64,000 nt of DNA from Candidatus Aenigmatarchaeota archaeon (GTDB lineage Archaea; Aenigmatarchaeota; Aenigmatarchaeia; CG10238-14; SCSR01): the NCBI GenBank assembly GCA_038998335.1, contig JAVZHQ010000001.1, forward strand, positions 672,609 to 736,608, in the 5' to 3' direction. Shown here in pieces: positions 1 to 8,714 of the stretch. The translations under genes were made by a program, and so were the position numbers. The notes under the pieces are model-generated. The model had not been told where the DNA came from. It did not search any database and worked only from the letters and a program-made list of their open reading frames with translations. Numbering within the stretch: position 1 is the first letter of the stretch; every line of letters begins with the position of its first letter.

Positions 1-82
1 AGCCTATGTAAGTTATTAGAAGGGAAATCGCTACTATCGCTATTAGGATATAAGCTATTGTGCTTAAAGCTATACCTTTCAT
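1..82 (-). CDS. Class III signal peptide (pilin-like) protein, runs off the window edge
   Basis: Manual translation from ATG at 82: MKGIALSTIAYILIAIVAISLLITYIG...; KG motif then hydrophobic helix; overlaps the stop of 79..474 (ATGA). Not in the ORF track. Confidence 0.75.
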   Translation of the reverse strand, partial: MKGIALSTIAYILIAIVAISLLITYIG

Positions 83-474
83 TCAAACTCGACCAAACTT
101 ATTTCTTCCCCTGTATAATTGTATCTAACTTTAATCGTATAATTTTGATCTTTTTCTAAAAAATCGAAATAAGCTTTGACTGGAATTAAAAAAAAGCTTT
201 CTATTTCGCTTTTCTCTATTTTTTCTGAGCTACTTATTCTTACGATATAACAATCGTCATTATAAACATCCTTGCCAAAATCGTGCTTGCTCCAACAATT
301 TTCTACACAAACTTTTAAAGAAGTTAAGATTTTATACTTACTTCCTGTTAAAAATTCTTCGCAAGTTTTTGAAGGGGAATATAAAAATGAGATATAGATA
401 TAAACAGCAAATACCGCTACCATAATCAAAATCATGCTCATTAAAATTTTTCCTGTTTCCATATCATCAACCAA
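79..474 (-). CDS. Pilin-like/membrane-anchored protein
   Basis: N-terminal hydrophobic helix, Cys-containing extracellular domain, coupled to the platform gene. Confidence 0.6.
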   Translation of the reverse strand: MVDDMETGKILMSMILIMVAVFAVYIYISFLYSPSKTCEEFLTGSKYKILTSLKVCVENCWSKHDFGKDVYNDDCYIVRISSSEKIEKSEIESFFLIPVKAYFDFLEKDQNYTIKVRYNYTGEEISLVEFE

Positions 475-2545
475 GCTCGATTGAAATTCCTAAACTGTAA
501 AATAGGAGTAGGCCAAAGAAAGAAACCATTCCATATACAAGAATTGCAGTAATCAAAGTTTTTCCTATTGTGTAATCCCTTGCAACTTTATCAAAACCGT
601 TTTCTATTCCGCTTAAAAGCATAGCAAGTAAAGCAACAGTTTCAACAGTATAAATGCCTATTGCCGCTTGAAGGACTGTAAGAGGAACTAATTCTTTAAA
701 ACTTCCTATTAGAATGTTTATAAAATTCTCTCCTCCTGTTAAAACGCCAAAACCGAGACTTTTCTCTATTTCTGCAAGCTTATCGGCAAGAATTCTCAAA
801 ACATTTATTATAAAAATTGTTAGAGAACCTATTATCCCACAAATAAGCGGAACTACAAAACTTGCTTGAAGCCTTATTGCGGATCTTGTGTTTTCTAACA
901 ATTCTCTTATCTTTAATTCGATAGAATGAACGTTATCCAAGTAGTTTGCTATTGTTCTTGCTATAACTCCTAGCAAAACTGTGCTTTTTTCGGAAGCGTC
1001 AGACAAAACCTTCATTATATCCTCTATAAGGCGAGAAGGAAAGTACCTTAAAATTCCATGCTTTTCGTCGAACAAAGCCTTTCTAAAAGTCATACCAAAA
1101 TTCCTTATGTTTATCAAAAGTTTTGTTAGGAATGAATGAATTGCCCTTTTCTGCATCCCAAGCTTTTGATACTCTTCTAAGCTTTTGTTTATCGCAACTT
1201 CTATAGGCATTCCTTCTGATAAAAAATTACCAAGAGTTACTAAGCCTGTTCTAAACTCGTCTTCTATGTTTTTAATCTGGTTTCTTATTTTTACTCTTTG
1301 GAAACTTCTAAAGTAAAAATAAGAAATTACCATAGCAGCAAAACCTGCTGTTATAGAAAAGGTTGAAAGCAAATTTTCTAAGTTCATCTCTGCTTCTTTT
1401 TTCAAAATAGCTTCTTTGGCTGTTTCTGATGCTACTGAAAGGGAAGTATAAAGGTCAATAAAGTGGAAAATTCCGTAAAGCATCATAAGCAAGCCTATAA
1501 GAAAAGAGAAGAAAATTATTGGGATATAAAGATTAGTTTTTCCTAACTTTAAAACAAAAAAATTCTCTCTTGGTAGTTCAGGGTGTTTAGAAATGTCTGG
1601 TGAAATAAAAGCTCCTGGTCTTTTCTTAAGTATTCTGTGGATGAAAAATAGGTTTAACAGCGGTAAAAGAACTGTATAACCTAAGATTAGCTGAAAAACA
1701 TTTACTTGCTGATGTAAAAAGATTGCTACCATAGGAAACATAACTATTCCAAGAGCTGGAAGCATTATGCCAAAAAGATGGATCAACATTAAAGGAGAGG
1801 AAATTTCCTCAACATAGAGTTTCATTCTTTCATGAGTTGATTCAAGAATATAACTTAAAGCTTTTCTTAAAGTTGCCTCTCTTCTTTCTTCTGTAGCTTC
1901 TCTTAAAGTTCCGTACAATAAATTTACCGAGCGAACAAAATCTTCGTTCCAAATTGCCCATTTTGGCATGTAATAACTTAAGGCTTCTTCAACTGTTGTA
2001 TACTTTCCAACTTGCAAATCCCACATAGCTTTTTTCATATCGTTTGTTATTGGCCCAGAAATGTGAGTAGTTACAAAGTTTACTGCACCTTCAAAAGTTG
2101 GATTAAGTTTTAAATAAATAACCATGTACAAGATTATTTTTATTGATTCATCCCCTGCCTGAATCCTAATAACTTGGGAAAGAAATGAAGGGTAAGTCAA
2201 GATGTACCAAAAGATTATAAAAGGTAAAATTGAAAGAAAAATTAAGGTTACAAAATCTTGAATTATCAAGGAAAACAAGGCAAAAACTATAAAGGAAAGG
2301 ATAAGAGCAAGGATTGAAGAAGAAAATACTCCTTCTGGGCTTGCTACGAGAGAAGAAAATGCTATATCTGTTTTAAGTTTTTCTTCCAAACTTTTTGGAG
2401 GTTTTATCCTTAACTTTTCTCCTATTTTACAAAACTTTTCGTAAAAAGTTTGTGGCTTTCTTGTTTTTTGCTCAGCTAGAAGGAAATCCAAATATTCCTT
2501 GGAAAAATACTTTTTTTCCTCTTCTTTTTTCTTTCTTATCATCAA
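467..2545 (-). CDS. Type IV pilus platform membrane protein (TadC/ArlJ-like, T2SS-F fold), paralogue 1
   Basis: Multi-TM with two cytoplasmic domains; clear paralogue of 17441..19486 (FYEKFC/LYEKAC, SGIENGFD/NGIENGED). Confidence 0.85.
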   Translation of the reverse strand: MMIRKKKEEEKKYFSKEYLDFLLAEQKTRKPQTFYEKFCKIGEKLRIKPPKSLEEKLKTDIAFSSLVASPEGVFSSSILALILSFIVFALFSLIIQDFVTLIFLSILPFIIFWYILTYPSFLSQVIRIQAGDESIKIILYMVIYLKLNPTFEGAVNFVTTHISGPITNDMKKAMWDLQVGKYTTVEEALSYYMPKWAIWNEDFVRSVNLLYGTLREATEERREATLRKALSYILESTHERMKLYVEEISSPLMLIHLFGIMLPALGIVMFPMVAIFLHQQVNVFQLILGYTVLLPLLNLFFIHRILKKRPGAFISPDISKHPELPRENFFVLKLGKTNLYIPIIFFSFLIGLLMMLYGIFHFIDLYTSLSVASETAKEAILKKEAEMNLENLLSTFSITAGFAAMVISYFYFRSFQRVKIRNQIKNIEDEFRTGLVTLGNFLSEGMPIEVAINKSLEEYQKLGMQKRAIHSFLTKLLINIRNFGMTFRKALFDEKHGILRYFPSRLIEDIMKVLSDASEKSTVLLGVIARTIANYLDNVHSIELKIRELLENTRSAIRLQASFVVPLICGIIGSLTIFIINVLRILADKLAEIEKSLGFGVLTGGENFINILIGSFKELVPLTVLQAAIGIYTVETVALLAMLLSGIENGFDKVARDYTIGKTLITAILVYGMVSFFGLLLFYSLGISIELG

Positions 2546-2599
2546 TTAATTTTTGGCTTTTTCTTGAATTAAATTTAAAAAAAGAAAGAAAAGAAGACA

Positions 2600-2921
2600 T
2601 TACTTTGCTAAAGTAATGTCTATGGTTGAAACATTCACTTTTGTTTTGTCTTCTAGTTCTCTTTCCTCTGTTCCTATCTCTATTGATTTTATTTTCACTC
2701 CTTCGACAAACCTTCTTCTTACTATTTCTGCAACGTCTACTGCTCTACTAATAGCTTTTCCTCTTGCCTTTATGTGAACCTCTGGCTTTCCGTCAGAGAA
2801 CTGAGTTATTACTCCTAACACATAAGCCATACTTGGTTTGCATTCGGTCGATGCTGCTTTGACAGCATCAATGTCCGACAAAGATTACATTGTCCTCAGT
2901 TTTTTCCTGTTTTTCTACCAT
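2600..2921 (-). CDS. albA: DNA/RNA-binding protein Alba, intron-split: exon 1 2873-2921, exon 2 2600-2841; spliced product 96 aa
   Basis: GGAGGTGA SD then ATG 2921; spliced [31 protein letters not shown]...[16 protein letters not shown]...VSTIDITL matches the Alba signature. Confidence 0.95.
2842..2872 (-). other. 31-nt bulge-helix-bulge (BHB) intron in alba mRNA
   Basis: mRNA UUUG-UCGG-AC^A-UUGAUGCUG-UCAAAG-CAGCAUCGA-CCGA-AU^G-CAAA: outer helix UUUG/CAAA, 4-bp central helix UCGG/CCGA, two 3-nt bulges, 9-bp intron stem; removal restores frame and removes UGA. Confidence 0.92.
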
Positions 2922-2923
2922 TT

Positions 2924-3721
2924 CTATTCACCTCCTATTAATCTGTTTAATTTTTCCATTTTTTCCGGATAGTTAAAGCCTACAAGCTCCGAAAATCTCT
3001 TCATGGACTTATGGCTTATTACTAGCTCGTATTTTGGATTTTTTCCAAAACTATTCTTAGGTAATATTTTGTAAATAAACGATCTAATTCCTAAGGAAAA
3101 CAAAAGTTTTTGAATACCTTCGATTAGTTTTTTATCTGAATTGTAAATAACTATTTTATAGTTTCTTTTATATTTTTGTCTATTCTTATCGAAACTTTTA
3201 AATATAGTTACAGAACCTTCTGCGTCAGCAACACCTCTTATAAAACTTACAATTTCTTCATCAGTCCTCAAAGAAGATAAATCTAAAAATTTGAACAACT
3301 TTACCGCTTCTATAGAGTTTAAAAATATATACCATAAAAAGTTTCCATTACCGGTCCTGTATTTTTTAATCGTAACATTTAACCCGCTCCAGTTTTTAAG
3401 CTTTTCTTTCAATATTTGGGCGAATTCTTGGTTAGAAGTAGTTATATGAATGAAATTTTTTGCGATGTGTCCATTACCTTTTATCACACCAAACAGATAT
3501 GCTAACTCTGGACTCATACTTTTAGAAATAAGCTTTTTTGATTTTTTTTCACTGATTTTCTTTTTAGTTTCTTCAGTATGATGCTTACCCAACATAGGTC
3601 TTGGGTGTGTATGTACCTTACCACATTTTTTACATAAACAAAAATTATAACCACGAAAACTTGGAATCTTACTAACTAGTTTTCCAGGCGTTTCTGAGAT
3701 TTCTGTTTCCATTAAATACAC
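2924..3721 (-). mobile_element. Free-standing LAGLIDADG homing-endonuclease-like gene with N-terminal Cys/His motif and NUMOD3 (likely start ATG 3712)
   Basis: CKKCGKVH, PMLGKHHTEETKKKISEK (NUMOD3-like), LAYLFGVIKGNG and FIRGVADAEGS helices, VGFNYPEKMEKL tail; no intein Hint termini. Confidence 0.85.
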
Positions 3722-3775
3722 ACCCTGTGTTAGTTATTGAAATACTGTTAAACTTATTTTAATTTAGAGAAATAT

Positions 3776-3791
3776 CTTTAAAAGCTTTTTC
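3776..3791 (-). promoter_or_regulatory. Putative BRE/TATA promoter for an endonuclease-alba transcript
   Basis: Minus strand GAAAAAGCTTTTAAAG upstream of the LAGLIDADG gene. Confidence 0.4.
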
Positions 3792-6700
3792 TTAATAGTA
3801 GTATTCTTCTTCTGGTTTTTTCCAGAGTTTTATCTTAAGATAACCAAACTTCCATAAAACTATGAAAATTCCAGCAACTACCCCAACAACCACTAAGATT
3901 ATTAAAATTGTTGAAAAGTCTGATGATGGTTTTATAAACCTTTGAAGTAATTCGTCTACAATTTGCCTTAAAGTTTGATACCTCCTATTAGCTTCATTAT
4001 ACTTTGATAAAGCAGTTGAATAATCTCCTTGATTTAGAGCATTCTTGGCTTCATTCAATAAGTTTTTAATTTGGCCGAGCTCTGACCATAATGTTGAGTT
4101 AACTTTATCTCCCAAACTTTCCATATCCTTTTCTAAGGAGCTTACTCTTGAGGTAAGGTTATTTATTTTGCTTTCCAATTCTTTTTGGGTTTGAGGACAA
4201 TCTTGAGAACAAGTTATTTCTTCACCAGGTTCACAAATTTTATTACCACAATAAAATCCTGGACAATCAGAGCAGCTCGGATAACTTTCTCCTTCTTCAC
4301 AGATTCCATTATTGTTGCATGTAACTGAAGGACAATCTCTTGGGCAAGTTGTTCTATTCTCGTCTATATTGCAAACGCCGTCACCACAATAACAATCTTT
4401 TGGACAAGAAGTTGAATTTTCTTCTACATCGCATACCCCATTTCCACATTTTTGCTCTACGCATAAGTTTAACGCTCTGTCACAAACTTTTCCTGTAGGA
4501 CAACCACAATCTAAACAACAATTATCTTTGTTTTCTCCTTTTGAAGATTCACACTTTCCATCCCCGCAAGAAGGTAAAATAGAAGTTACTTTTACTTTTA
4601 AACTTACTGTTTTTATCCCAGCATCACTTTCTATTCTAACATAACCTTCATATTCTCCTGTTCTAAACAAAGTGCCGATTATAGAATAAGTTTTTGATTT
4701 TGAAGGTTGAATAGTATCAGTACCATAAAAGTTTGTACTTGTGTTTTCCACTCCATAAACTTCTATGCTGTAAATAGTTACTGCTACCTTTCCGTTGTTT
4801 GTTAAAGTAATCTTTTGTTCAAACCTTTGACCAGAGACTGCTACAATTGAAATTTCTAAAGGCGAGACAGAAATTTTTGGTGTTTCTTTTATTGAAATAG
4901 AAACTGGTATGCTTATTGTTTTTCCAGCATATTTTACAAAAATTTTTCCGTTGAAATTCTTTTCACCGATTTCAAAAGTTAAAGAAACATTTTGGCTTTC
5001 ACCAACTTTAAGTTCTCTCTCAAAACTTATGCTGGTAAATTGTTTGATTTCATCTGAAGCTTCTACAAGCAAATCAGTTATATCGGAATTACCGATATTT
5101 TTTAAAGTTATGTTTGTTTTAAAAGTTTTATTTGGGTAGGATTCGCCAGAAATTGCTGAAGGAGTAACGTTAAGTAAAAAGTTTGGCTTTTCAAGACCGA
5201 AAGCTAGAACTTTTCCTCCTGTTGATTTACCACTAGCCAAAATCTCAACAAAAAATTGATCTAAATCTAAGCCAATAATTTCTGCCTGAAAATTTGTGCC
5301 ATAGTTTGTGAAATCTCCTTGTTTATATAAAGACAGATCGAAAACTTTCCATACTCTGTAACTAAGGTTTGCGTTTTGATCGCTAGAGGAAACCAATAAA
5401 GCTAATCTTTTTTGGTCTTTGTTCCAATCAGTTTGCTTCACATCTATAATAATTTCTCCAGGGACTATCAGTCCGTCCATTCTTTCAACAAGATTGTTGC
5501 TGACAACTTCTCTTGCGCTAATTTTAACTCCGGAAATTTGTATATTGTCAAATGGGATGTTATAGCTTTTTGGTAATTTTTCATTTATCACCCAGAACTT
5601 TCCGACATTAAGGTAAAGATTTGGAAAATAAGAAAAAGAGTATTGAGTTGTTGTATATCCTGGATAAGTGTAAAGAAAAGAAGTGGTAGAAGGTGTTAGA
5701 GGATTTCCAGATGAATCTTTTACATCAAGAAAAAGAAAAAATTCTTTTTCCTTGGTTGGCCATTCAGGTAAAAGTTTCCAGTTGATTGAATAGCTACCAT
5801 AATTTTCGTTAAGGATGTTTAAACCATAAGCAAAAACAAAAATTGAAGCGTTAAGGCTTGGTGGACTAGCTGAAACTTCGTAAGTATAAACACCAAGCTT
5901 TTCAGGAGCAACAAAACAAGTTTGGTTTATACAAACTGAGCCTGAAAAAGTGCAAGTACACATGAGATTGCCTGTTGAAATATCCTTTATTTTAGCTGTC
6001 TTACCTTCGCAATTATCGCCTTGAATAATTGCTTTTACTGTCTCACCCTTTCTTACTGCAGGAGTTCCTGAAAGAGTTCCTAATAATTGAAAGCTAGTAA
6101 TGTTACAAGGCAATGGTGGCAAAACTTTAACATAAGAAAAACAAGCAGTAGATTTTGGTTCTGAACCAATCTGGTACGGAATTGCAACTTTAAAGTAGGT
6201 TTCAATTTCTTTTTGAACAGTTGGATAATAACATTCTAAGCTTATTCCGTCTCTTGATAGACCTTGGTCAACTAAGTTGTCAACTGTTACTACTTCTTCT
6301 TCAAGATAATCAGCACACTGCTTATGTAGTTTATTATAAGTAATCACGCTTCTCCAAGTAATTGAAGTATCTTTTCCATTTTTCAGCTTGAGTGTAAAGT
6401 TTGCTTTTCTATCACTATAAACTGTTTTGCTAGAAGGCTCTATAACACAATAAGGTTCGTTTGGTATATCTTTAACTTCTATCTTAAATATCGGGGAGAA
6501 GACATCTCTGTTTTTATTTCTTAGGTGAATTCTGCAGGTCCAGTTTCCTGCTTTGTCGACAAATATTTTTCCTGTGTAGGTTTCTTTTATTTGATCCTCC
6601 ATAGTACTTGAAACACAAGGAGTTGACGGCCTTCCTACATAAGGATCACATTCGTCTATCCAACCTCTAACATCATTTTCATCTGGTGGAACTATACCTG

Positions 6701-8714
6701 GCGGAAAACAATGAAGATTTGTATGGCACCTATATTGTTCCCTACCACACTTTTCCGGACTTTCTAAGGTTTCCCAGAGTTGCCAAGTTACTGTCACTAA
6801 ACTATTGACTATTACTCCTGTTGGAGGATACTCTATCCTCCCTATAGAAAATGGCTCTGAAATATTAATAGTTATTGGTGCAGGACCTTCCTGCCCGGTT
6901 ATATTGATTGTTCTTGCTAGAGCATCATCCCACCATTCGTCTATCCTTCCATCTTTGTCTGCATCAAAATTTGAAATTCTCGTATGAGCCCAAATCATAA
7001 CTCTTTGATTTCCTGTTGTTATAGGATAGAAGGAAGCTGGAAGTTTGCATCGAACAGTTATATTTTTCTGTGGTGTTAAAGCTATTTCAGAAGTTAAAAC
7101 TTCACAGGTTGCACCTTCTGGACAACTTCCTCTTTCGTTTGCACAACCTCCTCTATTGTTTTTAGCATCAAAGTAAAGGTCTACTCTTCCTTTTCCGTCT
7201 CTAGTTTCCCATGGATTGTTAAAATCAGAAACGTTCCAAAATTCTACTCCCACAAACCAATCTGTTTGCTCCTTTGAACCAACATTTTTAATAACAATGT
7301 TTACAGTTATATTATAATTCTGAAAGACTTGAGCTGTTCCTTGAGTAATTTTGTTTACAGAAACTTCTTCTATCCATGAATCATACATAACGTTACATTC
7401 ACACTCACTAGAGTTTTTATTTTTATATTCCCTTACTTGGTAAGCTGAAGAATATTTTTCATACTTGTAGTACTCTGGCTTAGAACATTTTACTGGGTTT
7501 TCTGTGTTGTCAGGATAAACTCCAGTAAAGTAAGAGCAATCTACATGATACTTACAATTGTTATCACATGAATAGGGATTTTGGGACCAACCAGGAGGTT
7601 TTTCGTCACAGGCTTCATCAGCACCACATGCAAACTCGCATTGAGCTCCACCATTATTACAGTTTCTTTCTGTACCTCCACTACAAACTGTACAATTCAC
7701 GCATTTTTTTGTTGTATTATCACATCTCCATTTTCCACCTGACCAAATACAATGATTATTATCATCGCAAGGACAATCTTCACGATTTTGTTTACATACA
7801 CCAGTTTTTTTGCAACAGTAATAACCTGAAGCACAATCAGAGTCAGATTGGCAAGAAGTTAAACAATTACCATTTCTACAGGCATAAGGCGAACAATCTG
7901 TTGAATATAGAAAACAAGTTTCTCCACATTTTTTTCTAACAGTTCCATCGCATGTACTATAACCTACAGGTTTTTCATCACATTCCTCACTCGCACCACA
8001 AGCTGACTCACATACAATCTCAACATTACAACCAACTGTTTCACAATCCCAAATCCCTGTAAATTCTATGCAACTTTTAGGAGTACCATAACATCTTTTG
8101 TATTGATTTGAATATTTACACCCTGCTAATTCGCATCTTTCCTTTCTTGTCTGTTCATCAGAAATTTCATTATAGGAGTCACATGACTTAGGAGTACCTT
8201 TACAAATTAAAGAAGAGGGAGGATGGTACAGCCCATTCCTGTCACCAAATTTCTTCCATTGATAGGAACCTAGACATTCGATGCACTGCTTTTCGCTTTT
8301 ATCCCATACGCCCATGTATTTGTGTTCTTTACATCCCCAGTCCCAATAATCTATACTGACTACGCAAGGCTCACCATTCCATTTATTGACATCTGGGCAC
8401 CTATACTCTTCACAAGCACAAGTGTTTGGTACTTCTTCTGGTGGGATGCCATCAGGACAACTACTCATACCATAGTAAATATAACCTTCACACCATTCTC
8501 CAAAATCCTGGCACTCGTTATTTTTATTTATTAAACATCTAGAAGTTCCTGAAAGATCGATTACTGCTTCGAAACAATAACCACAACCTAACACACCTAT
8601 CCAGTCCCCAGCGCATCTATAGTGACAACCAGCCCTCGCATCAGTAAATAGAACTAAAAAAGTTAAGAAAAACGATAATAAAACTATTTTATACCATTTC
8701 ATTTTTAACACCAA
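3792..8714 (-). CDS. 1640-aa Cys-rich cell-surface protein with Ig/CARDB-like domains and C-terminal TM anchor
   Basis: Signal peptide, Cys-rich N-terminus, NITLKNIG-type Ig segments, five CG(D/N)xxC...C..DC repeats, coiled coil, TM, basic tail. Confidence 0.8.
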   Translation of the reverse strand: MVLKMKWYKIVLLSFFLTFLVLFTDARAGCHYRCAGDWIGVLGCGYCFEAVIDLSGTSRCLINKNNECQDFGEWCEGYIYYGMSSCPDGIPPEEVPNTCACEEYRCPDVNKWNGEPCVVSIDYWDWGCKEHKYMGVWDKSEKQCIECLGSYQWKKFGDRNGLYHPPSSLICKGTPKSCDSYNEISDEQTRKERCELAGCKYSNQYKRCYGTPKSCIEFTGIWDCETVGCNVEIVCESACGASEECDEKPVGYSTCDGTVRKKCGETCFLYSTDCSPYACRNGNCLTSCQSDSDCASGYYCCKKTGVCKQNREDCPCDDNNHCIWSGGKWRCDNTTKKCVNCTVCSGGTERNCNNGGAQCEFACGADEACDEKPPGWSQNPYSCDNNCKYHVDCSYFTGVYPDNTENPVKCSKPEYYKYEKYSSAYQVREYKNKNSSECECNVMYDSWIEEVSVNKITQGTAQVFQNYNITVNIVIKNVGSKEQTDWFVGVEFWNVSDFNNPWETRDGKGRVDLYFDAKNNRGGCANERGSCPEGATCEVLTSEIALTPQKNITVRCKLPASFYPITTGNQRVMIWAHTRISNFDADKDGRIDEWWDDALARTINITGQEGPAPITINISEPFSIGRIEYPPTGVIVNSLVTVTWQLWETLESPEKCGREQYRCHTNLHCFPPGIVPPDENDVRGWIDECDPYVGRPSTPCVSSTMEDQIKETYTGKIFVDKAGNWTCRIHLRNKNRDVFSPIFKIEVKDIPNEPYCVIEPSSKTVYSDRKANFTLKLKNGKDTSITWRSVITYNKLHKQCADYLEEEVVTVDNLVDQGLSRDGISLECYYPTVQKEIETYFKVAIPYQIGSEPKSTACFSYVKVLPPLPCNITSFQLLGTLSGTPAVRKGETVKAIIQGDNCEGKTAKIKDISTGNLMCTCTFSGSVCINQTCFVAPEKLGVYTYEVSASPPSLNASIFVFAYGLNILNENYGSYSINWKLLPEWPTKEKEFFLFLDVKDSSGNPLTPSTTSFLYTYPGYTTTQYSFSYFPNLYLNVGKFWVINEKLPKSYNIPFDNIQISGVKISAREVVSNNLVERMDGLIVPGEIIIDVKQTDWNKDQKRLALLVSSSDQNANLSYRVWKVFDLSLYKQGDFTNYGTNFQAEIIGLDLDQFFVEILASGKSTGGKVLAFGLEKPNFLLNVTPSAISGESYPNKTFKTNITLKNIGNSDITDLLVEASDEIKQFTSISFERELKVGESQNVSLTFEIGEKNFNGKIFVKYAGKTISIPVSISIKETPKISVSPLEISIVAVSGQRFEQKITLTNNGKVAVTIYSIEVYGVENTSTNFYGTDTIQPSKSKTYSIIGTLFRTGEYEGYVRIESDAGIKTVSLKVKVTSILPSCGDGKCESSKGENKDNCCLDCGCPTGKVCDRALNLCVEQKCGNGVCDVEENSTSCPKDCYCGDGVCNIDENRTTCPRDCPSVTCNNNGICEEGESYPSCSDCPGFYCGNKICEPGEEITCSQDCPQTQKELESKINNLTSRVSSLEKDMESLGDKVNSTLWSELGQIKNLLNEAKNALNQGDYSTALSKYNEANRRYQTLRQIVDELLQRFIKPSSDFSTILIILVVVGVVAGIFIVLWKFGYLKIKLWKKPEEEYYY

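Noticed and set aside
2842..2872. alba as a frameshifted pseudogene or simple sequencing error
   Set aside because: The insert is a structured 31-mer whose canonical BHB cut sites restore the conserved protein exactly; both exons are otherwise intact.
2600..2881. ORF-track Alba starting at TTG 2881 ([14 protein letters not shown]...)
   Set aside because: Its N-terminus is translated intron sequence, lacks the conserved beta-1 strand NVIFVG and has no SD; the spliced model explains everything.
2922..3775. LAGLIDADG gene lying inside a large BHB intron in the 5' UTR, or being an intein
   Set aside because: I could not build a BHB from its flanks, and it has no Cys/Ser start or His-Asn end with Hint motifs.
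4909..8534. Plus-strand ORFs 4909, 6805, 7568 and 8322 (and similar short antisense ORFs across the window, e.g. 14748, 24804, 35605, 55439, 62929)
   Set aside because: Shadow ORFs opposite well-supported genes, with no motifs.
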